From positions 2,544,001 through 2,608,000 of the forward strand of contig CM119378.1 of the NCBI GenBank assembly GCA_051294905.1: a stretch of DNA of 64,000 bases, in the 5' to 3' direction. The stretch is from Botryllus schlosseri (lineage: Eukaryota). Of the stretch, positions 1 to 14,025 are shown in pieces. The notes below the pieces were generated by a model. That model saw only the letters and a list, made by a program, of their open reading frames with translations. It searched no databases and had not been told where the DNA came from. The translations under genes and the position numbers were made by a program. Positions within the stretch are counted from its first letter, which is position 1. Each line of letters starts with the position of its first letter.

Positions 1-1152
1 CGCCCTGTCGATTAAAAAGCTCCGATGAAAATCATATCGATTGCAGTGCAGCAAAAAATGCTCGACTGTTTCAGGTACTGTACAATGGTCGCATAGGTCG
101 GTGTCGCTACATCCAATTTTATATAAATGCGCTTTCAGGCGGCAATGGCCTGAACGAAGCCGAAATATTATTCGTTCGTAAAGCCTATGTCGATGCATCG
201 ATGGAAAGTGGCCATCAGTCAATGATCTATGGAAATTTCGATAGTGACCTCCACGCTCATTTCGTTGATATTCGGCGTTCCAGGTCGCTCTACAGTATTG
301 CCGTACTTTGGCTTTTGCCTCAGCGTGGCTAATTTTTTCTTGAAGCGTCTGAGAAGGGGTATTTTCGATATTGGTCCTGGCAGCTTGCCAAGCCAATTTA
401 TCAGCTAATTCATTACCACCGATATCAGCATGCCCCGGTACCCAGGCCAGGACAACAATGGCGCCTTTCTGAACCACTTGATTCAGCAAGCGACCACTTT
501 CAAATATAACATTCTGCGTTTGCGGTGCCTGCAGGTTGGTCATAGCGGATAGCACGCTCAGACTGTCCGATAGAATCAGATATGTTTGTTGGTATGAGCC
601 ATTCTGGCAGATCCATTTTAGAGCGTGGAGAATGGCTTGTGCTTCTATGGAGAAGATTGAGTTAAGAGTGGAACACGACTGGGAAAAGTTTATCATCAGC
701 GACGGGATGGTAAAGGCAAAACCGGCTCCCTCTGCTGATTTGGAGCCGTCAGTGTATATTTCAGTGGCATCCCTATATCGTTCGAATATGAAGTCCAGGA
801 CTATGGGTTTATGCGACAGAGGTGCGATATCTTTTTTAATGATTTTTGCAAGGTCTAAATCAATATTAGGCGATTGAATCAGCCATGGAGGCAAATTTGG
901 AAGACTTTTTCTTTCCAAGACAAGGTTATTCAGAGACTCGACATTTGTGGCGATGTTGAAGGTAATGAATTTTGGGTTCATGAGGCTATATATCTCCTGC
1001 CAAGAGTCTTCAAGCACTCCTAATGTTGGATGTTCGTGAGCCTGGTAACCTCTAAGGTGACAGCGATAGTTAAGGCTAAGCTGTTTGTGGCGCAGATGGA
1101 GAGGAAGCTCGTCACATGATGCTTCCAGTGCACAAATAGGGGTGCTGCACAT
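1..1152 (-). mobile_element. 5'-truncated RNase H-containing LINE (I/Nimb-like), ORF2 3' part, runs off window
   Basis: Uninterrupted minus frame from ATG at 1152 to base 1. Motifs IYTDGS, ILSDSLS, AWVPGHADIGGNELAD (RNase H), RLRSGH and CDHC..ETVEHFLLHC (zinc knuckle). Confidence 0.9.
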
Positions 1153-1639
1153 GCTGATGTGTTCCATGCTGAACTGTCGTTTTCCATTGTGTTGATTGAT
1201 CAATACTATGTATTTCGCATAGCGTACTGATGCGTAACGATCCTTACTAGACGTACAAATTCGACCTCATCGTTAGAAACGTAGATTCCTTCGCGTGCTC
1301 TGAGAAACACCATCTCCTATCGCGATTTGACGACCAAATATACGTTTACATTCTACAAATTAAAGTGCATTAATTGCATCGATGAAGGCCGCAAGCCGCG
1401 TTTAAAATATTTTGTGAACCAATTTTTTGATAAATATTCGCGGAGCGCAAAGTGGAACAGCGTTTTATTGTGTGTGCCTGCTAGTTTGAATTTATTCCAG
1501 TGCCCATAATATTTATCCAATTATGCTTTGCGGACGTAAATCGGAAAATGCAGCAATGCAGTCAAAATCGATGTTTTTATCAGCAATCAATGCTCAATAC
1601 TAAGTAAAACCCATTGTGTTGGCGGCAAGGGATAATTAC

Positions 1640-2994
1640 CAGGCCGTGTTATTTTTGGCATTTCAGAAGCTAGATGCCAAAACTGCCAAAAATAAAAATT
1701 TGAAAATGCCAAAAATAAGCAATTTTTGGCATATGCCAAAAATAACACGGCCTGCCAAATAGTGTATTTCGTTCATGGTGCTGTGTTAGCAGGACCGCGT
1801 TACAAGCGAGAAGAGCGTTTGTGAAAGGCAGGTTTCTTAATCTGGGTCCAGCCCATCCATTAGGGGTGAAAGCATGGTGTCCTAAATGGTTTGGGCACAG
1901 CGAGATTGAACGGCTAACCGCATTTGGTTTACGTCATACTTTCCATTTGTCCAAAGGCAATTTTACAACCATTTTTGACCGGCTTGTCGAGCACTAAATT
2001 TGATAAAACGGGTATCAATGAGAAGCGGCCGCAGTACTGATTATTAAAATCTAAATTATATTCTGCTCATGGAACTGGAACCCCCAAAATCAACTACGAT
2101 TTTTGCATTGTGATCGAGTTGGACATTGTGACGCAACAAACTGTCTGGCTATTTCTGAGCTGCATAGTCTCGTTTTGCCAGACAGTCTTGTCGCGTCAAT
2201 GTTCTTAAACAAGCTAACCTTCCCAGGACTCCTCCATGCGAGTTGGTAATATTAAAGCCACCTGAAGTGGCAAAAGTCCTCCGAAAATATATCGCTAGAC
2301 AGAAGGAGAAATGATCGTCGGCCTACTAAATAGAATGTGTTGAGCGACAACACAGGAAATTCCTGGAAAAGGATCGAGAAGAAAATTTTTTCTGCGATGA
2401 GATCGATGGCACTGGCGAAGTGATCTCTTTTCATGATGCATGAAAGCCGGTTCGGCCCTCCAAAGATATTGAAGCTCTGAAAACCTTTTGTGGATAACTG
2501 GCAACATTCTTTCCCTCAACGGCTACTGTTGAAGCCGATATTTCCCAGATTCGCTGGGCGAGAAAAGAATTTGGGAGAAACTTAGCTGACCTGAGTTTGG
2601 AAGCACTGTTACAGTGCAAACGATTTAAGTCTATTCAACAGCTGTAACAATCAGCTGTTGAGCGTGTTTGTTAGGCTTTTCTTTCTTTTTTTGCTTATTG
2701 GCACCGATTCCGATGGATACTGCACATTTTGTGGTTTCGTTTGATATTATTAACCTATGGAATCGTTAGGTTTTTTCTTCTTCTTATTGTTTGTTGGCAC
2801 TGATTATACGTGGATGCTGCACATTTTGTGGTGTCTTTTGACAAACTAGCCTAAATAAAGCGTTTGTGACTAATTCGAGGCTGAAACTATCTATTTAGAG
2901 GATGGTGCCAAAACTGCCAAAAATAAAAATCGAAAAGTGCCAAAAATAAGTTATTTTTGGCAGTTTTGGCATATGCCAAAAATAACACGGCCTG
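1640..2994 (+). mobile_element. Non-autonomous hAT-type element, family 'caggccgtgtt', with decayed transposase C-terminus (copy 1)
   Basis: TIRs caggccgtgttatttttggca / tgccaaaaataacacggcctg. Near-identical to 35545-36842 and 37131-38486. Internal LATFFPSTATVEADISQIRW relic. No clean TSD in this copy. Confidence 0.85.
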
Positions 2995-3659
2995 ATTATC
3001 TGCTATTCATGTGCAGTATAAAATTACGAAAAAACTACGGTTTTCTTCCAACCAAGTGAAATATTTAAGGGTAAATACAGTAATTTTGGGCTTTTGTAGG
3101 GGTGTAAATATCTTCTGACAAAGAGCCAATCTGACAAAACTAATGTGATATTCGTAATCAGCAACCTCGAAAATCTCCGAAACGACTCTTAGATGGTCTG
3201 CCTAATTTATTTTTCATTTTGTTGACCAGTGTTATCGTTCGACTTCTATAATATCAATGTCGAACGTTTTTGTCAACATGCGACGGTCAATGACAATGTT
3301 TTATCGCCGCAAATCATTTTGGCCACGCACACAGCGCTTAGAGTCGCATGTCGCCAGAACATGTATGCTTATTTATCAAATAATTTTAGCTTTTTCCATT
3401 TTGTAAACTAATGTGACATGTTGTGCAACAAAACTGTCAGCGTTTTCGTCAAATCATCTCGCGTGCCACAAATGGCACGCGTGCCGGGGTTTGCCGACCC
3501 CTGTTCTATTGCATGTGTCACATAGAGGGCAACTTTTGATTGTTAAGAATTTCAGTAATCTTATAATTGTTATGATAGCGAATTTGTAGGTGCAAAAACA
3601 TTTGTAATACTCACGATCTTATACATGTAGCCGTTGGTCGAAAATATAGGGTTTAACTT

Positions 3660-4265
3660 GGGGATGGTGTGAACGTGAGGTAAACGTTCGCGTTCTGTGT
3701 ATCAACCTCCGAAATTTTATAGGTTGGCGTTCACAAACGAACCTTAGTATAGGTTCTGCACCGTGAACCTTTTTCATTTATTAAAATATTTCACGTCATT
3801 ATAACACATTTGTTTGAATTTGCATTTCAATACACTTCGGGCCACTGTTCGGCGGAGACAGCATAAAAATAAATTCAGCACTTAACGAGCCTTGCCAATT
3901 TCAAACAATTTACTTTCTTTGTTACAAAAGTTTGCTCGAAATATTCAGCTTTCCGTTTATTAATATTTAGTGACTCTCGGCTGTGAGCGTGGCCCGCAAT
4001 CACACAACACCAAGAATGAAACACACTACATACATAGGTATAGTCAGCGAATTATGCTTATTCAAACAATCACTGAAATTGATAAAGGATACATATTTGT
4101 TCAATGTAAAATATCTAATTGGCGTGCGCCGTACGGGATCCACCTTGATTTGATATGCTTATCGCTTATGGTATCATAAAAACCAAATCCGTGCGATTGG
4201 GGTGTTGGCTAACGATATAGCTTGATTATGAGATAGTACCGTTAGCAATACCGGATCCCTATTTA
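3660..4265 (-). mobile_element. Partial copy of the ~1-kb 'tagggatggtgtgaac' hAT MITE (paralog at ~54895-55505)
   Basis: Terminal gggatggtgtgaacgtgagg plus internal homology to full copies at 24348 and 62330. Confidence 0.8.
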
Positions 4266-5998
4266 TACTTGGAGGGGGCTTCATTTGTTTGAGCAAGTTT
4301 TGAAAAGTTGTTGAAGTTGATGGGGTATGTTGCTCCATCATACGATCAATCACTACACGCTTTTGAAACCCTACCCACTACTTCCGTACTTAATTTTACC
4401 TATAAAACCAGTAATTTGCAGGTAACCTTTTTTCTGTTCATTTCTAAGAGTAAGTTCTATGGAAGTGAGATAGAAACATGTTGCTTCCGCATCTTTTAGG
4501 CCCAAAATTGACTTTCTGGTGTAATTGATTATCAAGATATGGCGAGATTAGATATTTTCGGCTCGTTCGGCGACCAAATTGCACGACCAATAGAGGGTAT
4601 ACAAACCCAAGATTATGATAGAATATATCTATTCTATTTGCTATTTGGCACCACATATCGAGACCCTTTTTTGAAATTAAAAAAATTTCATTTTTCACTC
4701 CGCCCTACTGTACAGACGATTCAAATAGAATTCCGCCAAAGGGGCGATACAAAGTTTCGTTGTACGCAAATTAATTGGCCTATACAACGACACCCACATT
4801 ACAGCAGAACTATTTTGTCTGGGCGGAGGTGGTCAGGTCACGAATCATTTCCGGACCCGGCGTAGATTTCATCAGTTTTGGTGACTTTGAGAGTCGGATT
4901 TATACTAGATTTCACCCTCACAATATGTGGAAATAACAGAACTTTACGTGCCAGTCGGATTTTTGGACTTCGATTTGGTGACCCGAGTCGGGGTAGATTC
5001 AGACTTCAAAATCTCCCACCCATCTTTACACTTCACCGAAAGCAGCAGGCAAGATTGCATCACGTATGATCTGTCCCAATTCATCCCCCATTATTGCACC
5101 ACCGAAACCGAGCGCGTTTCAGCAAAATAAGGCCAGTCCACCGATCCTCGGTGAAGCGAGCTATTCCGATTCGTCACTATACAATTGAATCTGACATCGT
5201 ACTCGTAGTTCCCGAGTTCGAACGGCAAATGCGAGGTTCGAAGGGGTGAGACACAGCAATTCTCTGACGGTAACACTCCGCCGAATCAATATATCTTTAG
5301 TTTGATCTTGTAAACATGTTTGGAGGTGTTGGCTTAACAAGTGTTGAGGGTATTTTACGGCACACGCGAACACAACTGAATGTCTACAGCAAAATTAGTC
5401 GCCCTCGAACGAAAAGTGATAGTTGAGCTCGTGATCGATATGTATGTTACAGACGGGCAAAGCATTAGTTCGCCGACAGATCGATTCAAGTTGTACATAA
5501 TGCACAGCATACAAAATAAATATGTCGCGGTAAATTACATATCATTTACAGTATTTACACGCACCGGCATGATCACGCTTGACCAGACGTGATGCAGTAA
5601 TAGAACCCATCATAAATACATTGTTTGGTTGGGACTGTCTGTCCTTAAGAAGACGCTAGAACGCGGCAAAGGTATTGAAAAGCAACAGTTGTTGCTTTCA
5701 CCAATTAGGCCTAATACAGGTACGTAATACCGGAAGCTAACACGTTGACGCGAGCCAAATTGAGAATCAGCTATTTCTTAAATTACTTATTATATCCTTA
5801 CTTTATTTATTTAAGTTAATCTATGTCGGGGTGCCTAATATAAATTTCTACTACACGACATTTTTTCTGTTTCTCGATATGACTCTGAATGACACATATA
5901 TTTACAACCATAACAAATCAATTCTCGTTAGTGTCTGGTTCGACAACAAAGCAAAGGGGTCATGTACGACAGTATGGACTTAATAACTGGCTCATGGC

Positions 5999-7299
5999 CA
6001 GGGCTTTGGAGCAGCCGTAAATTTAAACTGCTCCGGCTCCGGCTCCGGAGCTCTCTTTTATCATACATTAGCTCCGGCTCCAGCTCCGGAGCTGCATTAT
6101 TACCACTGCTCCGGCTCCAGCTCCGGCTCCGGCTCTGAAATTATCGCATGGGCATGTCTATATCAGGGGTGCCCAACCCGCGGGTCAAATGTGGCCCGCG
6201 AGAGGGTTTTGCGTGACCCGCGAGGTAATTTCCTATTATCTTATCGAAAATGAATTGCTCAGATTGTGAACTTGCAATGCCAACCAGAAATTACAATTCT
6301 GGCTGCGACCCTTGGGATGTTGATGACTCAAATATCAGTTCCGACGCATTGGCAGAACCATGGTCCAGTCACATTTTCAGTAAATCGTCGTACATTACAA
6401 TCAACTAAAATAGTAGCGAAATTTTTCTTCACGCTTCGCATGTTTAATTGTCGCACGCTTTCTTGCTTGGTAGCCTACCCCCTACTGAAAATGAAGAAAA
6501 AAACGCCTAATTAACCCGATTCAGTCTAACTGTATTCGCAATTACGGGAGAAAGTCTTTTCGCGTTTGCGCTCGCATAAAGATCGTCGACGTGAAATGTA
6601 GGCGCAACATGATTGTCGCATATTATCGGATACCTTCGATATCGATGTGACCAGACGCCGAATAGTTGTGTCCTTGCAAACTGAGCCTAGCGGGCAGTAT
6701 ACAATAGACCCGCAATACTCGAGAGTAATATTATTATTGACCTAGTTCATTAATAAACTTACAAAATTTTACCCGCTTGGCGCAGCTAGTGGACTGCACA
6801 CTCGTTCGTCAATTGCATGTGCCCTTTTAGCCGAAAAGGTTGGCCATTCCTGGTCTATATAGATCACTAATCTACCCATATGTTAGTTATCTATAGTCAT
6901 CTAGAGTCTGTCAGCCATCAGTAACATCCGATGTAGCAACGAAGATATATAGGTGCCGCCGTGCCGGTTTGTGACGTTATACTGAATACTTGTCAATTGT
7001 CGACAACATCGTAGTTGCACTAGAACGCACTTTACTCTCTGCCATTGCTGTGCACAGCATTAAAATTCAGGCCTGCTGTTCAATTATGATAAATCAGCAG
7101 ATGTGGTTGTTGCATATATATATAATGGCATCTTATGAAATAGGTCGGAGCCGGAGCTACTCCTCAAATAACGGGCTCCAGCTCCGGCTCCGGCTCCGGC
7201 TGAATTTTATGTAGAGCTCCGGCTCCGGCTCCAGCTCCGGTGAAAATGCACGGCTCCAGGGCTCCGGCTCCGGGCTCCGGCTCCGGCTCCGAAGCCCTG
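5999..7299. mobile_element. hAT MITE with (ggctcc)n subterminal arrays
   Basis: Ends cagggctttggagc / gctccgaagccctg. Perfect 8-bp TSD ctcatggc (5991-5998, 7300-7307). Confidence 0.9.
6164..6852. mobile_element. Charlie-like hAT MITE nested in the ggctcc element
   Basis: Ends caggggtgcccaac / gttggccattcctg. TSD gtctatat on both sides. Confidence 0.85.
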
Positions 7300-7307
7300 C
7301 TCATGGC

Positions 7308-8820
7308 ACGAAATTTTTCCCGGCAACGACTCATTCAGAACCTTCAACATGTTAACACGACCAGACATGTTTGAAGAGCCAATCGTCCAAAATTACGAAC
7401 AGCCTCCGTTGCCACCATGGTCACACCCCAAGATCGGCGTAGACTTACGCCTAGCTACGTTAATATCTAGAGATGTTCATCCCACTTTTGCAAAACAAAT
7501 CACCGAAGAATACATACACGAGCATTATGCGGGGAGCACCAGAATTTATACTGATGGCTCGAAAAACGCATCGGGCTGTGGGTCATGTTTCTTCGTTGAG
7601 AATAGAGACGACTGTTACAGCTACACCCTCGACGGTCACTTATCCGTCCTCTCGACAGAATTGAACGCCATTCGGAATAGTTTAGAATGGGTCAAACGCA
7701 ATGGTACGCCTGAAAGTCGTGTGGCTATTTTGTCGGACAGCCAGAGCAGTCTAGTGGCGATTTGAAATTGCTCTCCGGACAATGAACTCATCGCCGATAT
7801 CCTCCTCCTAGGATCGGATTTACATGCACTAGGGATCGAAAGTGTTTTGGCCTGGATCCCTGGCCATAAAGGTATCCGCGGCAACGAAAAAGCCGACGAA
7901 ATCGCACGAAGAGCAGCACTGATGCCACTCGTGCGAGATCCAAACCTTCAGCAAAAAAATAGTATGAAGGAAATGAAATCCCACATTGCCGATATATGTC
8001 GGAAAAAGTGGATCGACCACATGAATGCCCATAACAACGACTCGCAATATAGAAAAATTATTGGAGATATCAGGGACATTAACCGAATTATCGATTTGTC
8101 ACGCAGGGAATCTGGAATCCTAATTAGACTGCAGACTGGTCACTCTAGGCTGAACGGTCATCTACACAGAATTAAATGTCATCAAAATGGCCTTTTTGAT
8201 GCATGCAGGATCAAAGAAACCGTCGAGCATTTCCTCCTCCATTGCCCTAAATATGACCGTGCCAGGATCAATCTAATTCATACTGCTGATCAAAACAGAG
8301 TAGGCTACCCCTAACGCCCGAGTCCCTACTCACAGACTCGCATATGGCCGGTCATCGAATTCACAATTTCAAGTGGAAGAGATATATAAAGAATTGTAAT
8401 TCCTTCAGATAGTTCGGGAGTATTTATCGCCAGATATCGTCCTGGGGCAAAAAGCCGAGTAGCTAAGCCCCACTACCCCCCTCAAGCGTCACTTTGTACA
8501 GATTCCCCGAACGTATTGACACCTAAAACATGTACCAGGATCTCACAGATCAGGAGAAAACCTTACTGACGTCACGACCAGCAATCATTCCTATGCTCCA
8601 CCGCACACGAAATTGAATCAACCGCCGAACGACAAGTCAACCAGTTGACGGGCAATTATTCCCAAGCCTCGTCATGAAATTGGATTAACCACGAAACGAC
8701 AGGTCAGGGCGAACCGATTTGTTGGCAGGCTACTATTACCAAGCCCCATCGTGTACGACCGAAGTCAGCTGTAGGTCGTGGAAAAATACAGCGAAATTAC
8801 AATGAATTATAATAAATCAT
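7308..8820 (+). mobile_element. Truncated RNase H LINE (I/Nimb-like), ORF2 3' end with premature stop, plus 3'UTR
   Basis: IYTDGS, ILSDS, stop at 7763-7765, AWIPGHKGIRGNEKAD, RLQTGH, ETVEHFLLHC. Absent from duplication copy B. 3' boundary approximate. Confidence 0.9.
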
Positions 8821-10416
8821 ATCCCAAGCTTCGTGTCTGGCCAGAGTACAAAGGTCAACCGAGGCTAGGTATATTCTTAGCTTATTCTTTTTCTCTGCAG
8901 CGTCACTTATTCCCCTTTTTTATTGCCGCACAGAGGGTCATAAAAGTATTGCTGCAAAAATGAGAATCATGTAATTCTTTCATTATCTATTATACTGATG
9001 ATCTTTGTTTGTTTATTATAAATCTTGCATGCGCCCATTCCGCCCATTTGGATAACTACTCAACTCCATTCTGTTCTACTTCAAAAGGAACCATCAATTC
9101 ATTACCAGAGGTTAAATGACAAGGAAAAACATTTGTTAATGACATCACGAAAGGAATGTAATGTACAAGCTGTATACAGTTGATATGAACACTGTACCAA
9201 GTTTTAAGTTTGTCGCTGAACTATGTCGATTGTGGGTGATAATTTTGTTTCCTTTAAGTCGTAGTCCTGTAGAATTTTCGGTCAACCTAGAAAAAATTAT
9301 TGTAAGGAGATATTATATACCGTTGGAAAGATAATTTTATCAGCTTTTCAATGACGGGTTTTGTCACTTTTTTTTACCTTGGGAAAAAAGTTATGACCAA
9401 AAACGTGCCAGGGGATAAAGTACTATTTTGCCTAACATTAAAATACAATTATAAGCTAAAATACGATACCTTCGTATCAGAATACAACACCATAAATTGG
9501 AATATCACCCCCAGTAAAGCAAACCCAACAATCAAACAGCAAAACAATGAAACATAACTTTATTTAAGAGGTATTTATCATACGTTAAGGGGGCAAAAGT
9601 TGACCGAGACGGAGATAACACTGGTTTACAAATTTCGAAAAATAATTAGCGTCAAAAATTTCAATGTCTCATTTTCATAAATTATTCAAATTTCAGCTTT
9701 CGTTAGTGACATCACAGTTAGCTTACAATAGCAAAAATTCAAATATTGTTATTGAAATCATCTATCATGAAACATGGGTTGTTGTAATACAGAATGAGTG
9801 AGTTTTCGGTGTACTTGAATACAGTGATTCTCTATCATCGTTCAATCAGAAGCTCTTTTCGACCCAGAAAATTACACTGGTAAACAAATTCAAAAACCCA
9901 CACCAAATACCATATTGGAACAGAGGCAGAGATGTTTTTAAATGGTATCGAGGTTTTTTGTTTGTGTTTTGCAATATTAAACGCCAATTCTATATGCAAA
10001 AAGCTTTTCATTTTTGACGGTTTCTGATTTTCCATAATACTTTACTTTGAACTTGAGCAGTGATTCTCAACCTTTTTGTATTCGCGGACCCCTTTTGTCC
10101 CCCTCCCCCCGAAGTTTTAGTTCAAATTTAGCTCAATCATCGTACAGTCGTCATCTGTCTTGTACAAATGATAACTGTAAGCTAGTGATAAACAGCAACA
10201 AAATTACTTTTCTTGAAAATAACAGCATTCTATTTATGTAGAAATCGGGTTGACTTTTATTATTACAAAGCTAATTATTCAACTGCTTTTTTTGAAATAC
10301 GTGGTCGTGTCTTTAAAATCTGCGGCTTCGATTTCATATCAGCGAGTGCTAGAAATCCATTTAGACAAATAAAGGTGGTGGCGAATGTAATAATAAGGCA
10401 AAACGCTTCTGACGAC

Positions 10417-11671
10417 CAGAGGTGGTCAGTAACGAAGTACTTCTGCTTTTTCGAAGTACTTAAGTAGTTTTCCTCTACTTCTGGTACCTACTCAAGTAGA
10501 TAAAATCTTCTCTACTTCTACTTCTACTTAACAATATTTTGTGATCTACTTACTTACTTTTCGCTATTTTCAGTTTGTCAAGTAGAAGTAGTGTCACCTC
10601 CCAATTAGAAAAAGTAACTGGGGAATTCTCGGGCTGTTTTCACGGAGTCCTAACTTTCCATTTTCAGAAAATTTAAGTCGCGCTTCACATCAAGTAGATA
10701 TAGAGTTACAGATATGTTTTCACGAAAGTGAATATTATTTAGGTTGCATTGCAAATCACTGTCGCCCATATGACATATTTCATCACAGTAAATATGGTCC
10801 ATCATAACGTTTGAAACCCCCGTTTTGCAATCTAGCATTTACCCATCACATCGTAATCTATAGAAGCCCATGGCGCGTTCTAATCTGGAGAAACGGGCTC
10901 TGACTTTTTGAGCGTTATATCTGTTTTAGCAGACCACCATTAAAAATGTCTCTACAAAATACATAAAATGCATTTTCCGCCTTTCTGATGTAGTATTGGT
11001 ATTTCTCGTTCCCTCCGCAGTATTATTACTTAGAGGTTTAATTAGTTTTAGTTTTTTGGTCTGGAGAACATACATGTTTAAATTTAAAAGCAAGTGTAGC
11101 ATCGCCGTCTATTTTCCTAAAATACAATCACACTATATGGCATTTTTGCGTTAGCCTACGACATATTTTTTATCATCGTATGAATCACGCAAAGTGTTAA
11201 CATCGTATCCATGCAACTTCTCCGTATTGCTCTTCGACTAAACTAAAGGCCGTAATTAGCGTGAGGGAACATGCCATGACATTTTCTAAAACGGGATGCT
11301 CGAGTAAACAAAAGATTAGTATGTCATTTCCAGAGAAAAACTATCATTTGCATCTCATGATGCAGTCGGATGCTCATGCTGTCGGAAATGTATACCTTCC
11401 GGGATGCGTCAATAGGAATTGTGCATGAACCTCTCTGCAACTTCCGCATAGCTTAATTCGCAGTTTTTGAAAGTCCATGCAAACGTATTATGATCGTTTT
11501 CAAAACTACTTACTTACTTGAGTAGATTTGAAGTCAGCAAATTCTACTCCTACTTCAAGTAGTTTTGGTTTGCTTATGGAAGAAGTACTTCTACTCGTAC
11601 TTGAGTAGATTTTTTCGTCGCTACTTCTACTTCTACTTGAGTAGCTTTCTTGACTACTTTGACCACCTCTG
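10417..11671. mobile_element. hAT MITE with tactc/gaagta subterminal arrays (inverted sister at 19277-20538)
   Basis: TIR cagaggtggtca. Perfect TSD ctgacgac. Confidence 0.9.
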
Positions 11672-12044
11672 CTGACGACACATTTGGGTATGATCGGAAC
11701 AATGATGACACCAAAATTGATAAACTATTTAATATTGAACATATAACGTCAAGCCTGTTAATTTATAACTAGCAGCTCATCTTGAAGTTATTATGGAAAT
11801 GGTTATGTAGGCCTATATCGCAGGAGAAAACGGATTTTTGCGAACATTTCAAAGTCTCCGTGATTGACGTTACGTAGCCATTAATTAACCATTAATTTTT
11901 ATACAATGCCCAGCAAAACACCTCTACACAGCCAAATATTTGTATCAGAGAGAGATATGATATTCTTTCTCGCCTGCACCATCGAGATGCTTTGGCGACG
12001 GAGTTGCGATACGGCCCCATGAGGTCATCTAGTCTGCGCCCCCG

Positions 12045-12202
12045 TTTTTTTTCTCCTCCATGCTATCCGTGATTGCTGAGCGCCTAGCAGGATAGCTGCG
12101 GATACCATTTTTCGAGTCTTTGGTATGACCCGGCCGGGGATCGAACCCACGACCTACCGCTCGAGAAGCCGGACGCATAACCATTACACTATCTCGCTCG
12201 GT
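12045..12202 (-). mobile_element. tRNA-derived SINE, MetaSINE-like
   Basis: Minus strand has A box tagtgtaatgg, B box gggttcgatccc, then gtcataccaaagact...aaaatggtatc...gctaggcgctcagca, which resembles the Meta domain. Confidence 0.75.
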
Positions 12203-14025
12203 ATCAGTGTGCTATTGGCAATTTAGCAACTGGAATAAGTCCACACAGCAGGATATTCCAACTCACACGGCCATCCTGCCTCGGGATTTTCCTAATTTGA
12301 AAAATATAAATTAGGTTATCAACTATTTCGTAAATCCACTTCGTTTCGTGGACCCCCTGAAAATGCTTCACGGACACCCAGGGGTCCGCGGACGCCTGGT
12401 TCAGAACCACTGAACTAGAGTTTGTAGAAGTGATTGGTGTTGCTACTCAAGTACCACAAGTAACTCCCTATATTTTCTACTCACTTAGCAGTATAAGTAG
12501 TAATTTTTAAGACACGTGAAAACTACTTCAAGTGGCAAAAATATCTAAGTATATTTGGTCGGGGGGAGGGTGGTCGCATCTTTCAACAGTTAGTCGGAGT
12601 TGGCTACATACGAAATTGCAACATGTTGTTGTTGTTTTTATTAACTCATATAATTGGCGCTTGCAACATCGTGGTTATTTGCGCCCACACAGCGAATTTC
12701 ATACATTTCATAATGGCATGTCTTCTTGAACTTGAGTCTTTTTTCGGTTCATTTGCTGCCTCCTTTCAAGAGTTCGGCTCTCTCTTCGTCTGGGCTTTTC
12801 AATGCGCTGTGTTACAGCGGGATCGGCGATGAGGCGAAATTGCAACATGTATCTTCTCGGCTAACGCAAAATGTTTATAATGACACAATACCAATTGGTA
12901 GAATATTCGAAAATATATTCAGTTACCGCGCTTCAGGGGCTGTTAAAGCTACTACATTTATGGAATCATAGTCAGCCAACATCGTCGCGGAGCGGAGCTT
13001 TGTTTGGAATACATTCGGTTAAAATTAATAACTGGGTGCAGTACCAAATTCAATGTGGGCAGATATCTCCAGGACATTCCCAGTTGATTTACTAGTCACA
13101 CAAAGTACTAAAACAAAACCCAATACAATTATTTTCCCGTATTGCCAATCACAGATGGGAATTCGGATTGCGTACATCTGGTTCGAAGCACATATGAACC
13201 CTTCCCCGATGACTTTTATAACAGCCTTGATTTGACTACGAATATGCCACATGCAATTAATATGCGATTGAAGCGCAAAATATTTCAAATAGTAAAATCG
13301 CAACCAGAAAACAGCGACCGGACTTTGACCTCTTACCAGGACCGTAACTGCCGCACCCCAAATCGTCCAATTGGGGGTCGCGATCTCGAAGGGGACTCGA
13401 AAGAATGTCGGTGAATGTACATAAATTATTTATACATCACTTATCGAAAATTCATGCAACTCTTTTCAATTTTTTTCGCTCTGATCGCGATTTCATGTTG
13501 CCGAATTTTTGATTATTGAGTACCCTTCCCCCAGAAAAAAGCATGATTTATAGAAAATAAAAATAGTCATTTCGGCGTCGACCATTACCACGCCGCGATG
13601 CACGAAAACATACGAAGTATATTTGCCAATATGGTACTCTGAAAAGTGTGCCAATATATCGCCGGCGAGAAAACCTTAGCCGAAAAGGATTGCCCTTATG
13701 TTGACCGTGAAATTCGAAACAAATATAAGCCTATCTAATTATCCATAGCTGCCTAAGTGGCTCGTGTCTAATTATTCTATCATGGCAATCTGAACCCCAC
13801 TGTTCAAGTACCCTTTCTCAGAGAAAAATTATTTGCCGGTGAAGAAATACCAATTTTCGATAAAGCCACCACAAACGTTTCTTGGATCTCGCATGGTTCC
13901 TCAATAAATTACGGTATGATGTGTGGATATACGTAATGAGGGCATTTACTTAATTTTGCTGAAAAGTTGCGATCAGCGTTTCACAATTCAATTTAAAAGC
14001 ATGACCAATTATAGTGTCCAAAGTA

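Larger units (their letters stand above)
10058..12412. mobile_element. hAT MITE nested in the 9262-14969 element
   Basis: Ends cagtgattctcaacc / ggttcagaaccactg. TSD aacttgag/aactagag (7/8). Confidence 0.8.

Noticed and set aside
536..877. Plus-strand 113-aa ORF
   Set aside because: Antisense shadow of the open LINE RNase H frame.
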